The translations under genes and the position numbers were made by a program. A stretch of DNA of 63,977 bases, the filler included, from Hausera hauseri (lineage: Eukaryota): NCBI GenBank assembly GCA_046269625.1. It is 12 parts of 12 records of this genome, joined end to end, with 100 filler letters (N's around TTAATTAATTAA, not from the genome) between each part and the next. Parts side by side here need not be neighbours in the genome. Positions count along the whole stretch, not along the records: positions 35,162 to 39,363 come from JBJURY010703771.1; positions 39,464 to 43,871 come from JBJURY010596111.1; positions 43,972 to 48,415 come from JBJURY010578782.1; positions 48,516 to 54,325 come from JBJURY010185416.1; 8 more parts are not named here. One strand, written 5' to 3'. The first letter of the stretch is position 1. Every line of letters begins with the position of its first letter. This document shows positions 36,481 to 49,399 of the stretch, piece after piece. The notes beneath the pieces were generated by a model that had not been told where the DNA came from, ran no database searches, and saw nothing but the letters and a program-made list of their open reading frames with translations.

Positions 36481-36739
36481 TTTTCAACAACAATCAGATC
36501 CCGTCTATGAGGTAACCTCTGGGAAAGACATACACGGCATTTGATATTGAGGTTCTATTTCATTTTTTAAATCATTATTTACAGATGAATTAGTGGTATC
36601 AGCATTTGACATGGATTCTTTGTTTCGCATAACTATTGGAGGACACTCATCGTAAACATTTAATAAACTATTGTATTCCGGCAAAGGCTTCTTAAATAAT
36701 TCAAACTCTTCCACGTTTTTTTTGAATAACATGTTTTTC

Positions 36740-37480
36740 TTCCAAAAGTACTCTGCTGTTTTTCAAACTCAATTCGTAGTTTACTTTCTTTTTCTAATTG
36801 TTCACGAAGAATTTCTATATTCGTTTGGCACTGTACCAACGTTTCGGTAGTAATAAGATTTTCTTTAGATCGCTTTGTTATCATTGTTTCTAATGTCTTA
36901 ATATTTGACTCTGCTTGGCCAAAAGCCCTCTTAGCCTCAAGCAATCTTTCATTTTCATTTTCTTTTTGTTGTCTTTCTCCACGTGCATGAACTTTCAACT
37001 GCTGAACATCAATAGAATCTGGTTTACGACGACGGACAAAAAGCTCATGATTACCAGCGCAAAGTGCCAAAATATTTTTATTAACACGCAATTTTTCAAC
37101 ATAAAAGCTGAAATCCTATATCTTATTTTAATTGAAATCTTCCATAAATAAAAAGATATACAGGAGCTTTCTTATCAATAGACTTGATAACAAAACGTTT
37201 CTACTTAAAAAAAATATTTCTAATTTCACTCCAAGGAAATCTTACATGTGGTGTTAATTTGTCCTCATGCTTATATACATTTAAACCAAGAGCATCTACC
37301 TCAAGAAAAAGTTTTGTTTTTTATTTCAAAACAACTCATACCATACCTTTTCAGATATTGGACGATTTTAAATATTCCATCATTGCTCCTTCCCTCAGAA
37401 TACCTCGGTGTTCAATATACCACTTCACAATCGTTTCTTCCCATTGAATCGCAGTCCAGCTGTACTGCTGACAGATCCTA
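36740..37480 (-). pseudogene. ERM/merlin FERM-C and helical region, intron-retaining pseudogene fragment
   Basis: WEETIVKWYIEHRGILREGAMMEYLK...VDALGLNVY...FPWSEIRNI...VIKSIDKKAP | 46-bp GT-AG intron 37161-37116 | [41 protein letters not shown]. Contains frameshifts and a stop. Confidence 0.9.
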
Positions 37481-37929
37481 CACACCATTGTTAATAATAA
37501 TAAAAAAGGGAATTCATCTTTAATATTACTTTTAAACATCAATTAAGAAAAAGAAAGTCAAAATGAAATAGATCCGTACTTTAATGCACAATAGGGTAAA
37601 TAGAACATGACTTCAAAGCTAAGATAATGAAAAAATATATATATTTAGCACCTAGTCTGTCAGCGCTATAATTGATTACATCCACGCCTGTCTATTTATT
37701 CTAAACTTATAACGTCTAACTTTATACTGCAAATTTAAATTCTCATATTACAATTTAGCTGGGGATATAATTTATCATAATCTTTGTCTTTTCATCAACA
37801 TCAAATGCTCTGATGAATAGAGCTTGTTGCAATTATATCTCTCCCTAAGCCTCTACGTCTTGTGTTCGATATCCAGCTGCATTGGATTTGTATACCTGCC
37901 ATGCCGTCTGAATTTGTTAGTATTGTTCT

Positions 37930-38247
37930 TCCTTTGGTTTAGTCCAAGGGCCATTGTCTTCACCCACGGATTCCGGAGAATCACAGCTCAGTTCACGAAG
38001 TACGTGCACCGATGAGGGAGGACCCTGTAGATTGGTTAGATTTTTTTAAAAATTGTGCTTGAACAGCAGCCGTTAGGCCTATTCTTTTCCGATTTCCATC
38101 TGTCACTACCCAGCGATCATACACAGGGATCAGGAAAATGTTTTACTAGAAGATCCAGAAGGAAAAAATCCCAAGTGCTTCCACTGGGATTTGAACCCCG
38201 TACCCCTAGCATTCGAAGTGGACATCTTACCTCGAAACCACCGAGTC
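37930..38247 (-). mobile_element. tRNA-derived SINE (head 38175-38247, tRNA-Arg-like)
   Basis: Minus strand GACTCGGTGGTTTCGAGGTAAG...TTCGAAT...GGTTCAAATCCCAGTGGAAGCAC has A and B boxes but a poorly pairing acceptor stem. The 3' extent is approximate. Confidence 0.6.
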
Positions 38248-38294
38248 TCATGTCGTTTTCTTCTGGTTCTATTCACCCCTTATTTCGCATTGCT

Positions 38295-39363
38295 AGTAGT
38301 ATAGTGGGGGAATCGGACTTTGTCACGTGAGGTCATTTAATTAATATGTACAAATTAATTCGAACAATATTTTATTGTGTTTTTAAAATATCTTTGGCCA
38401 AGTGTAATTATTCAGTCGACACGTATATTGCACTACTAAAAGCTAAGTATTTGATTTAACAGTTTTGTTAAGTCATTTAATCGTTACACATTTTTATCAC
38501 AAAATGTTGGGTATATTTTTATTTCATCATTATCAAGAAACTCCTAAAACACCTTATTTCTGAATTCACGTCTGTCATCACACCATAAACATTTTGGTTT
38601 TCTTTTTGTCCTTTAAAAACATTTTCAAAAGCTTGAATAACTGAATATCCTGTTTTATCTTCGATTCCTTCAATCCAAGCAAATCTAGTCCAAAAATCCA
38701 CTACTGATAAAATAATTTTATATTTCTTAGAATCATCAGATTTTTTGGAATAAATATTAAATCACATGTCCAAATGTTGTCACGCCCTTCGGGAAAATTT
38801 GGAGGAAATAGTTAAACTTTTAGCTATTTTCTTGGTTTTGTACATTGGCGGTGTAATTCATTAGATAGTTGTTTCTTGTCTGTTGGTTCAATTAAATTTT
38901 GAGTTTCATCGTTGACGCTATCGTCCCTTCGGGTATATAAATTTTCAGTTGCAATTTCCCTCACTTTTTTGGTAAAGTTAGATTTTCCACAAATAATATC
39001 TTACTTTTCATTACTAATTTTATTAGTACTCTAAGAATTCTTTCTTTTAAATTTAATTCATAGTTTGGAAATTGGTTTCATCATGGATAAAGTTGACATC
39101 GGCGATACGTCTATCCCTTATGTCATCGGATTTATATAATGTTTATATCATATGTTTTAAACATGCTTCGTCAATTTTACAAGTTGGTAAATAATCTGAT
39201 GGGCTTATTATTTTCATCAAGTCTAAGAGATAAATTCGTTCCGGGTCCAGCAAAAATTTTTCAACTTTGAAGTTCCATTATAACAGGGTAAATTGTTTTT
39301 CCTTTCACATTTTTGATTTTTTGGTAAGATCGTAGTTAATATTTTTAATATTGTTGTTGAGAT
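38295..39363 (-). mobile_element. Polinton/Maverick fragment: retroviral-like integrase remnant and possible terminus
   Basis: QLSNELH...DNIWTCDL...LSVVDFWTRFAWIEGIEDKTGYSVIQAF is typical of Polinton rve integrases (38519-38880). AGTAGTATAG at 38295 may be the TIR start. Confidence 0.7.
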
Positions 39364-39734
39364 NNNNNNNNNNNNNNNNNNNNNNNNNNNNNNNNNNNNN
39401 NNNNNNNTTAATTAATTAANNNNNNNNNNNNNNNNNNNNNNNNNNNNNNNNNNNNNNNNNNNNCCATTACTATATATGTCCAGTATATATTTGTCCAGGA
39501 TGCGAGACTGTATGTGATGGAGAATACATGCAGTTTTATGAAGATCACAATGCCCATTTGACAGACTTCAAATCAAAGTCCAAGAAGACTATCTTCAATG
39601 AACAACATAAGTCTGTTGTTGCAGCAGCATAGCCAGTTCCAGATGCACGATTAAAGCGTGCAGCAGCAGCAGCAGCAGATATTTCAGATGCTCCATCAAA
39701 AAGTCAAAGGCAGTAGGCTGTTATTACTGCAGCA

Positions 39735-42700
39735 TTGAAGAGCAAAGTCTGCAGATATGTTATTGCTGCAACGCATCAAACAACACACCATGAGTATCTT
39801 GAATACACAAATGATGAAACCATAGGGATTCTCCAAGACAATACGGTGGAGCTCAAGGCTCTTAAATTTAACTTAAAGTTAGAAGCCACATTTACCAATG
39901 TTGATGGCAAAGTATCAAACAGGACATTCAAGACTAAAAATAGTCCGATATTGGAAACCACCAATATCTCAGAATGGCTACATGAAGAACATGGGAAGCT
40001 GATACATGAAATGGAGGAGTGCCAGAACAAGTAGAGCAGATGGACTCTAGCAAACTTAAAGAGATTGCTTGACTTTGTGCACCAGTACTCTCCCATGCGA
40101 GGCAGCTCCTATATACAGTTTCCAGAATGGATCGCTAAGAATAAAGCATGCATCAATGTCTATAATAATGATGCAATGTGCTTCAAGTACTCAATTCTTT
40201 CAAAACTCGCAAAGGATCAAAAACATGCTTCACAAGTTTTGTTTTATAATGATTTACAACACAATTATGACTTCCACTGTATTGCATTCCCACCATCCTT
40301 AGATGAAGTAAAAAAGTTCAGCCGACTTAACAATATTTCCATTAATATCTTTGGATTGGAGGAAGATAAATTTTATCCACTGCAAATACATGAAGATGAT
40401 TTGGAAGATCATAGTGATCTGTTCCTACTAGACGAAGGACAAGAGAAACATTTCATATGGATAAAGAATTTTGAACGTCTAGTGAGATCCCAAATAACAT
40501 AAAATCATGGAAGAATTGAAATTTGTAAAAGGTGTCTGTCCCATTTCGGTGGTGATGCACATATGGAAAAGCTTGCAGAGCACAAGATATAATGTAACTA
40601 AAATTATTGTATTAGGACAGGATTGCCCAAGGAGGACTATATCGAATTCAAAGAGTGTGAAAAGAAGCTCAAAGTCCCAATAGTCATCTATTGCAACTTT
40701 GAAACCATATGGATTCCAGTTCAGAGGTGCAGCCCCAATCCACGACATAGCAGCACAACAGCATACCAATATCATGAACTTTCATCATATTGTATGTATA
40801 CCAAAGGACTGGACAAGGACCCATTTTTATTCAGAGATCCAAATGCCGCAGAACATTTTATGAAGATATTAGAAAACATGGCCCATAGAATTGAAATTAT
40901 ACTGCAGCAATACGAGGAATTGGATACAATGACCATGTCAAAGAAGGAACATGAAGAATGGCACAAGAAACAATATGCTATTTGTGCTCCAAATTATTAA
41001 CTAAGGAGAATCATAAAGTCGGGGATCATTGCCACTTTACAGGCAAATATCGTGGCACAGCCTGCAACAATTGCAATCTACGTTGCAGAACAGTAACTTT
41101 TGTTCCTGTTGTATTCCACAACCAAAGTGGAAATGATTCTCACTTCACTGTTCGGGAACTAGGAAACATTGAAGGAAACATCGATGTGATCCTCAACAGT
41201 GAAGAAAAATATGTGACATTTACAAAACATGTTGGAAAAGTCCGGCTCCGCTTCGTGGACAGTTTTCGATTCATGTCTTCTTCACTTGACAGCTTAGTGA
41301 CGAATCGCCCGGCAGAATATGCTAAGGAGACGAAGCGGTTCTGTCCTAATACATTTGATCTAGTCACGAGGAAAGGAGTGTTTCCTTATGATTACATCAT
41401 ATAATAGAAACACATGATGAAATAGCTTTGCCGGTCAAGAAAGACTTTTACAGTATGCTCTCAGAGTGTGACATCAGTGATGCAGATTGCCAACATTCCC
41501 AAATTTCTAGGAAGCATTCATATGTCGAACAATATGTGAATACAGCGATATATACCTCAAGATGGACGTGCTGCTGTTAACAAATGTATTTGAAAGCTTC
41601 CGGGACGTAACATTAGCAAGCAACAAATTGGATTCAGCTCATTTCTTTACAGCTCCAAAAATGCGTTTGGCAGCTATGCTGCGATATACCGGTATTAGAC
41701 TGCAGATCTTGAAGTATTATGATATGCTCCTCAAGATCGAGAGAGGCATTAGTGGCGGAATATGCCAGACCACTTACCCGTATAGCGAGGCCAATAACAA
41801 GTACATGGCCGAATATGATCCATCCAAGGGATCCTCACATATTACCTAACTAGATGCCAACAACTTATATGGATGGGCATTGAGTGCCCCATTACCTTAT
41901 GACAACTTTAAATGGCTGGATCATCCGGAAGATGTGGCAATACAAGATGTTAATCCCAATGGAGATACGGGCTACATACTGGAGGTGGAGGTTGAATATC
42001 CATACAATATCCATACAAGGCATGAACAACTGTCTTTTCTCCCTGAGAGCAAGCAGCCACCTAATGGTAAACATCGAAAGCTGCTCTGCCATCTGGAAAA
42101 CCAGGAGAGGTATGAAGTCCACTACATCAGTCTCCAGCATTACTAAGATACATCGGCCCCTGACGTTCAGCCAGTCCATGTGGTTCAAACCTTATATAGA
42201 CCTCAACATACAGCTGCGAGACAATGACAAGAACGATTTTATGAAGGACCAATTCAAGCTGTACAACAATAGTGTTTTTGGCAAGACGATGGAGAACATC
42301 CGGAATAGGATCAACATCGAGTTAATGTGTGAGTGAAAGCAAGCCAAGAATTTGATTGCTAAGCCGAACTTCCCAAGCCGTACGATATATACAGAGAGCT
42401 TGGTCACCATCCATATGCTCAAGATATATCTCGAATTCAAAAAGGCAATATATGTGGGCATGTCGATACTAGACTTATCAAAGACGTCGATGTATAATTT
42501 CGACTATGATATCATGGCCCCCACATTCAAGACTGCAGATCATGTGTATGGATACTGATAGCTTCATATATCATATTCATACGGACATCTATGATGACTT
42601 TGCTCAATTGGCAGAGTATATGAATACGCCTGACTATCCAAAAGACCATAGGAACTCCAAAAAGGTCCTTGGAGAATTCAAAGATGAGGTGAATGGGGCA

Positions 42701-43012
42701 ATTATCTCAAGACTAGTGGCGTTAAGATCAAAAATGTACGCCATCGATGTATTTGGCCAAGTAAAGAAGAGACCCAAGGGTGTTCAAAGAGCCACCTTGG
42801 CAAAGAAAATCACCTTCAATGATTATATGAGGATTCTGCAGGAGCAGACCCGCATAATATCAGAAATTCGAAAGATCCAATCTAGAGCTCATAGCATTGA
42901 AACATTAATGCTGCAGAAAAAAAGCCTATATTGGATGGATGACATGAGACACATCCTGGACAATGGGGTATGCACACTACTTCATGGACACGTATCAATT
43001 CTGAATATGTAA
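39735..43012 (+). mobile_element. Polinton/adintovirus-type protein-primed family-B DNA polymerase with endonuclease-VII-like insert, pseudogenised
   Basis: RGSSYI..P, CFKYSI, CYLC...[74 protein letters not shown]. Many stops and frameshifts. Confidence 0.93.
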
Positions 43013-43262
43013 ATATCTTTGTTATATTGTTGTTATGCACTGTTGTATTGTGTTAATAAATCTTGTTTTAAATATCGTGTTGCCTTCTTGATCAAGTAAT
43101 GTGGGATATAGGATAAGGCCAAGTAAAACTAATTAAAAACTATATAAGCTAAGTAAAACTACACAAGTAAATATATTAATCAATACATTTGAAATTCAAA
43201 TTAAAAAATCAATACAGTGCGTCATTTACTTGCATTAATCTGACATTATTTCAAAAATCAGT

Positions 43263-43540
43263 ATGGATAAAACGTGCCCAACCTGCATTGAAGATATGAA
43301 TGGCAACAATGCAAGAATAGCAACTTGTGACAGATTTTGTGTAGGGTGCCTTCAAAAATAGTTGTCGCAAAATGTCCTGCCCAATATGCAGGACAAAATG
43401 CGAATACCTAATTGTTCAAGATGTAGAAGACCAGTGCTTGTATATGTCATGGGTGGAGTGTCTAATAAAGACGCTACAGGATCTTTGGCCTGATACTGAC
43501 ACAGACACTGAATATGACAGTGATTCAACTATTATGTGAT
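43263..43540 (+). pseudogene. Small RING-finger ORF downstream of pPolB
   Basis: MDKTCPTC...ATCDRFCVGCLQK*...(frameshift)SCPICR, then an acidic tail DTDTDTEYDSDS. Confidence 0.65.
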
Positions 43541-45409
43541 TTTCTTGTGTTTAATATATGTTTTTACAGTACTTTCGTCTTATATTTCATAACACATCTA
43601 TTTCATAGCAACATAACTTTAACATAACGCTAAACACTTTTTATAAACACAATGTGAACCATGTTCACGATAAATTGATAGATTCTTTGGCATAGCTACC
43701 AATTTGCCACATTCATATGCACATATTTGTAATTCTGGAAATGTTTTGCCCATCGACATAATCCTTGACGTAGAACGTGGCTGCATGTACATCACAAATA
43801 GTCTCAATGTCTCACTTGAGGCAATCTCTACAAAACTATGTATTAGATTCTTCCTTCGTCAATTTATGTTGNNNNNNNNNNNNNNNNNNNNNNNNNNNNN
43901 NNNNNNNNNNNNNNNTTAATTAATTAANNNNNNNNNNNNNNNNNNNNNNNNNNNNNNNNNNNNNNNNNNNNAAGCATGTCGATGCTGACGCATTATCGAG
44001 ACTTAAAACCAAAACAAGCGCAGTTACAGTAATGAAGAAAGCACACCTCGAAGATTTAATAGAAAGACAACGGACTGTCACACTATATAAGGCATTGTAG
44101 ATCGCTGCTGAATAGAGAAGAGACAAGGTTATACAACAGATTATCGAGTTCGTTGAGACCAACGTAACACCCAAGGTTCATCAGTTGCGGAAACACTTAC
44201 GACGATATGGTCACAAATACTGCGTCGCTGGATATGTAAACTGCGAAAATGTGTTATATTACGAACGAAAATGACAAAAATTAATCGTCATACCAAAAGT
44301 ACTACGAACGGAAGTGCTCATGGCCGAACATGATTCCTACTTAGCTGGACACATGTCGTGGAAAAATACATTAGAAAGGATTTTAAATAAGTACTATTGG
44401 CCGAGCATCTATATCGAAGTAACAAATTGGGTGAATGCTTGCGAAGTATGCGCAACCAAGCAAAGAAAAGTAAAAAATTACGTCGCCGCGCTTAAGTCTA
44501 TCGACGTGCCCGATATATTAATGCACGCAATGTCTATGGATATTGTAGAACCTTTGCCTACGACCCACAAGAAAAACAAATATATTCTGACGTGTGTAGA
44601 TCGATTGATTCATTTCGTCGAGCTTATAGCGCTATTAGACCAAAATGCCGAGACCTTGGCAGAAGCGGTAGTCCGGAAGATCATTTGCAGATACAGGCCA
44701 CCCGAACAAATATTGACAGATCGAGGAAGAAACTTCACGAGTGAACTGTTAGAGAAAATTACCAAAATTTTTGAGATCGAGCGATTACCTACCACAGCTT
44801 ACCATTCCAATGTAACGGAATGGTCGAGCGAATGAACGCGGCCGTTATAAGGATCTTATTAACAGTAGTCGCGAAGGACCAGAGAGATTGGGATGAGTTC
44901 TTAGAAGGCACACAATTCGCCATTAATACTACTCAACATCCTGCGACAGGATTCACTCCATTTTTATGATGTACGGTAGAGAAGCTGTACTGCCTACCGA
45001 CTTAGGACTGATTCCATACACAACCAGAACAGAAGACTTAGAGCAAAATTTTGTTGAGGTATACAATCAAGATTGCACAAATGTTGAGAAATAGCCAAAG
45101 AAGTGTCTAAAGACTACCAGGAACAATTTAAGAAGCAGTATGATAAGAAGGCTAAACCACACGATATAGAACCTGGAAACTGGATTCACGTACACTATCC
45201 AGTGGCGAAAAACGGCACATGTTTTAAACTTACTAGACCGGTAGAGGACCTTATGATGTTACTAAGGTTACTCTAACCACAGTCTACATAAATAAAAACG
45301 GCAAGGAAGAGGTAGTAAAAACAGAAGAGTAGTTAAAACAGAAATAAGTCCGAATAAACGCTACAATTTGCGTTCGAGCAAAGCAAACAAAGAAAAGAAA
45401 ACGTCGTCG

Positions 45410-46732
45410 ATAGTGACTAGACCAATATCCTATGTACAAATAATTCTTGCCCTATTATTAATCGCTTCGTATATACCTACACTGAAATCAATAACTAGAG
45501 CCGAAAAATTACGATACGCGATAAATCGCCGGGATATCCAGAACATGCAGTTACTTAGAGTACGTGATATGGATTGGAGAAAACCATGTGCATGGTTTGA
45601 AGCAAGCAAACCCGTTTCAAGTTATGTGAAATTTCAAATAATATTCGTAACCAGAAACACGATGAGGACATGCGATTTTCCGTACGGACATCACAAAAGA
45701 TGTGATTTATATTTTGGACGAGCCTACGCATGCAGATTTTAAATGTTTTATTCTAACCAGTTTGGAGCTCAAGCTTATATAATTTCAGAACTTATAATAA
45801 GAATGCCCCAACAAAGGGACGCAAATCAAGCCAAGACGGACGAAATAATTCGAAGCACCGACCCGTTTAAAAGGCTCTTAGATTATAACATTATGGGAAT
45901 TTACAAGAGCTTGAAGAATCAATGCATTCGAATTGAAACTAAGATAGAACTGCCCGGAGACAGACAAATTTCTGTCCGATTTATACCATTGAATGCTTCT
46001 ATTCCCATTACAAAGTATTGTTTTCTGGCCAGACACCAATCTACTACGTGCTGCGTAATACAATTAGGACAAAAGTACCAGTTGCAATTCGATTTGTACA
46101 ATACGTACCCCGGAGAGCCAAGCACTTATTTGAGTGGATATCGCCAGAGAATTGGAATATGGGAGCTTCCTCTCCCAACCACTACAAGTAAACCATCTAC
46201 AATTCCAAGTACAACTCTCCCCACTACGATCGTCACTTCGGATGAAAGGCCAGGAAGCATGCCAGTTAAGATTTTGTCAAAAAGCGATAAAATTGTCTTT
46301 TTCACGGAAGAGGCACTTAGTCGCGACATCAAAATCGAATGTCGTACTTTATACACTAACCAAATCGTGATCCTGAAAAAGAGTAGTCAAGAAGCTGAAT
46401 GTAAGTCCTTACGGCTGCAACATAACTATATAATCCGAATTACTGCGAGGGGTAAGAACTCTAAAACTTTTACAGTACGAACTCTTGGCAATAAAATTGA
46501 AGTAATGCCATATAAAGATATCAGTACTCAAAATGTGATCACCACGGAAAGTTCTATTGAGCCGAGTAATTGACCGATAATAACTGTGTTCAGTTTGTCA
46601 ATTTTCGTTCTTGTCATAATAACAGCGATGATTTTTCTAGTTTCCAAAAATTGTAATAAGCGCTGTAAAAATCATAAGGGGAATAAATGGGTAAACGGGC
46701 ACCGAGACGGACCTTATGATAGCATAACCTGA
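45410..46732 (+). pseudogene. Env-position type-I membrane protein of Gypsy copy B
   Basis: Signal ISYVQIILALLLIASYI. One reading frame broken only by stops at 45740 and 46571. TM IITVFSLSIFVLVIITAMIFLV. Tail ends PYDSIT. Confidence 0.8.
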
Positions 46733-46837
46733 CAACTACAGATCGGGTTATCCTATCATCAAACAGAGAAAATGTTTTGTTTCAAAACGATGATCTGTTT
46801 TAGGATTAATCTTTATTTTTATTTCAGCAGAGTAAGT

Positions 46838-48415
46838 ATGACCGAGAGGGCGAAGAATTCATCAGTCAGTCCCAATTTCGATATCGATAATTTCTTGCAG
46901 CAGCTCGTCACTATCCTCAAGCCATTATCCAAAAATTTATACCGACAAATTGGAGAAAATTTGAAAAGCCGGAATTATCTAGAATTTAACCAAGAGAGTA
47001 AAATACCGAACGGACTAAAATGGGGTTTAGAAGAGAATAGATTGGTCCGATTATACGCCATGCAACGTCCAAAGGATGCAAGAGCATACCTATTAAATGA
47101 TATAATTCCATATGAGCTAACACATCAGCAATTGTACGTACATGTCACTGATGGAGAAATTCAATACAGGATCGTAGGACAATTCTGGAGCACACAAAAG
47201 GGACAGCAGTGGAAATTAAGCACTTATGGGCTATGTTGCTATAGCCTTATGAATTATGCTCCTGAACTCAGAATTTCAGACCAACCGACCAAAATCATGA
47301 TTGAAATGACATGGCGAACAGAAATGATGAAGCTGCTACCCCCATTATTATATGTACAGAAACCATTTGAAGACAAAATAGAGCAAAATGGGGAATCTTA
47401 CAGATTAGTCCAAGATGGCCGAAATACCCGGATATTGGCCGTAAACTATGGAGAAAAGGATGACGGATGGTACTTTCCAATCGAGGTATCCATCAAAAAT
47501 ACGAATGGAGAGGAAATCATAAACAAAATAATCGCACCTCGGGCTAGGATAAAAGATACTTTCCCTGACGTTACTGGAATCACAAAGCCGCGGCTCGAAA
47601 AGCGAAAAGATTTTTTGGAGATCCAAGAAGATATAAGCCATATCTTATACGGATAGGTCGTTACCGGATTCCGAGTGCACGAAGTGTTAGAGCGACTAGG
47701 AATCAGACAAGAATACATAGCTGGAATTCGAGAATTGAGTGGGAACTCAGCAGTAGTGAGCCAAGTGGAAAGTACATTGGTGCGGAAAAGAGGTTGTCTG
47801 CTTTCGTCAGCATCCCGTGAATCGCAATTTAAGATGATGCTAGAAGCCATTAATGGCAATCGATTCAAATTCCCTAAGCTAATGACAGCAAGCCAAAGAA
47901 CCAAATGTATAAAGGACATCTATAACTCCTTACGATAAGATCACGAATGGAAACCCAGAAGTCCCATACAGAATGTGATGTCTGATAACAACCCCAAGGC
48001 ATTGATACAGAAATTCCGAAAAGGGTTTAGTGAATAACCTAGCTATTGACAAATAGAAGCCCGTGAACATAACCAATTCCGATTAACAGTCTATAACAAT
48101 CCAACGGAAGTCCCAAGCAATCAGCAAAAACCATCAACCAGTAAAGCTCAAGGAGAAGTAACAATGAGAGCTGATAATTCAGAAAAACCAAAGAAGCAAA
48201 AGACAAAGACCTCTTTTCTGGACTACATCAACAAAAAAAGAAGCAAGACCAGCAAAGGCCCAGCGACAGATAACCTAATCCCGGAGAAACCCATAAATGA
48301 TCAGAAAGGAATATCAAATCAAGAAAGCTGGAAAGAAAATAGAGAAAACCAACTAGAAATTATTAAGCCTAAAACCCTTAAAACGGAAGTTAACGTTCTT
48401 CGAAAGAACTGGGAA
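46838..48415 (+). pseudogene. Accessory ORF3 of Gypsy copy B (unknown function, cut by the contig end)
   Basis: ATG at 46838 after TTTATTTTTATTTCAGCAG. One frame continues through the 46772, 47675 and 48164 ORFs, broken by a few stops. Confidence 0.75.
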
Positions 48416-48515
48416 NNNNNNNNNNNNNNNNNNNNNNNNNNNNNNNNNNNNNNNNNNNNTTAATTAATTAANNNNNNNNNNNNNNNNNNNNNNNNNNNNN
48501 NNNNNNNNNNNNNNN

Positions 48516-49200
48516 CCTTCTTGAACCTGATCAGTATGTTGAACCTCTTCAACCGTTGGCTGGTCTGAATTGTGGCTTTCGTCCGTCTTCTGCATCATCT
48601 TAATAATCCTGTCTTCTGTGTTCTTAACAGCATCAGGGTTAGAAAAAGCAAGCTTCTTGAACCTAGGATCTAGGTATATGCTTGCTGCAAGAGGAAAATC
48701 GTTTCTCAAGGGATGGGAAGCGACGTTTCAGCTGCGCTAGTAGCTGTGCTGCAAATTGATTTGTGCCGAGCTCTGAAGAATGTGAGCAATAATCGACCAG
48801 TAAATGAATAATTGGCAGAACTTTAGATAAAAGTTGTGACATCTTCAGCACTCATTTCCTTAGTTATTTGTTTGTATGGCTTCAATGCTGCTAACGCTTT
48901 CGAGAATTGTAACACACAGCTTTCAATTATAACCAATTGTTTCCCCTCTTAACACGAGTCCCTGAAGATCAAAGAAGCCGACTATACTCGCTTTCTGAAA
49001 CCGGTTCCGCACTCACATCCATAAGTGAATCCAAATCCGAATAAAACCGAGTTACTCCTTATTCAGTTAGAACCGAGTTACTCGGTATTCAGTTTTCAGG
49101 AATCGAGTTACTCGGTATTCAGTTTTCAGGAATCGAGTTACTCGGTTCTGTGAGTATATTCGGATTATCCGGATCTGGATTCGGTTTTTGCGTAGCACTA
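48516..49200 (-). mobile_element. Internally deleted hAT transposon: terminus, subterminal repeats and transposase C-terminal piece
   Basis: ASIYLDPRFKKLAF (hAT LDPRFK motif). Terminus TAGTGCTACGC at 49200. 30-bp tandem repeats containing the GAGTTACTC near-palindrome at about 49048-49146. Confidence 0.8.
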
Positions 49201-49399
49201 TTTTCCAGAGCTCAAAAATTAGCTCTGAGGGTACATTTTTGTTTACAAAAATATCAATAATTGTGTCGTTGAATCCTGGAATTTTCTTGACGCTTTTCAA
49301 GAGGGTTTTCTCGATGGAAATTAAAAAGTTAACTTGGCGAATCTCTCTTGAGAGGTCTCTTAATTTCTCATTGCAGCTTGCTCTGTGGTGAAGCAATTA

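Larger units (their letters stand above)
43972..48415 (+). mobile_element. Ty3/Gypsy LTR retrotransposon copy B (same family as 7113-12627): RNaseH end, integrase, membrane-protein ORF, accessory ORF
   Basis: DADALSR, HDSYLAGH...YYWP, rve core 44314-44835 and RYNLRS. Colinear and homologous with copy A throughout. Confidence 0.95.

Noticed and set aside
38175-38247. Functional tRNA gene
   Set aside because: The acceptor stem does not pair and there is no terminator at the expected place; better explained as a SINE head.
49048-49146. 30-bp direct repeats with a palindromic core, superficially CRISPR-like
   Set aside because: Head-to-tail with no spacers, eukaryotic context, no cas genes; explained as hAT subterminal repeats.
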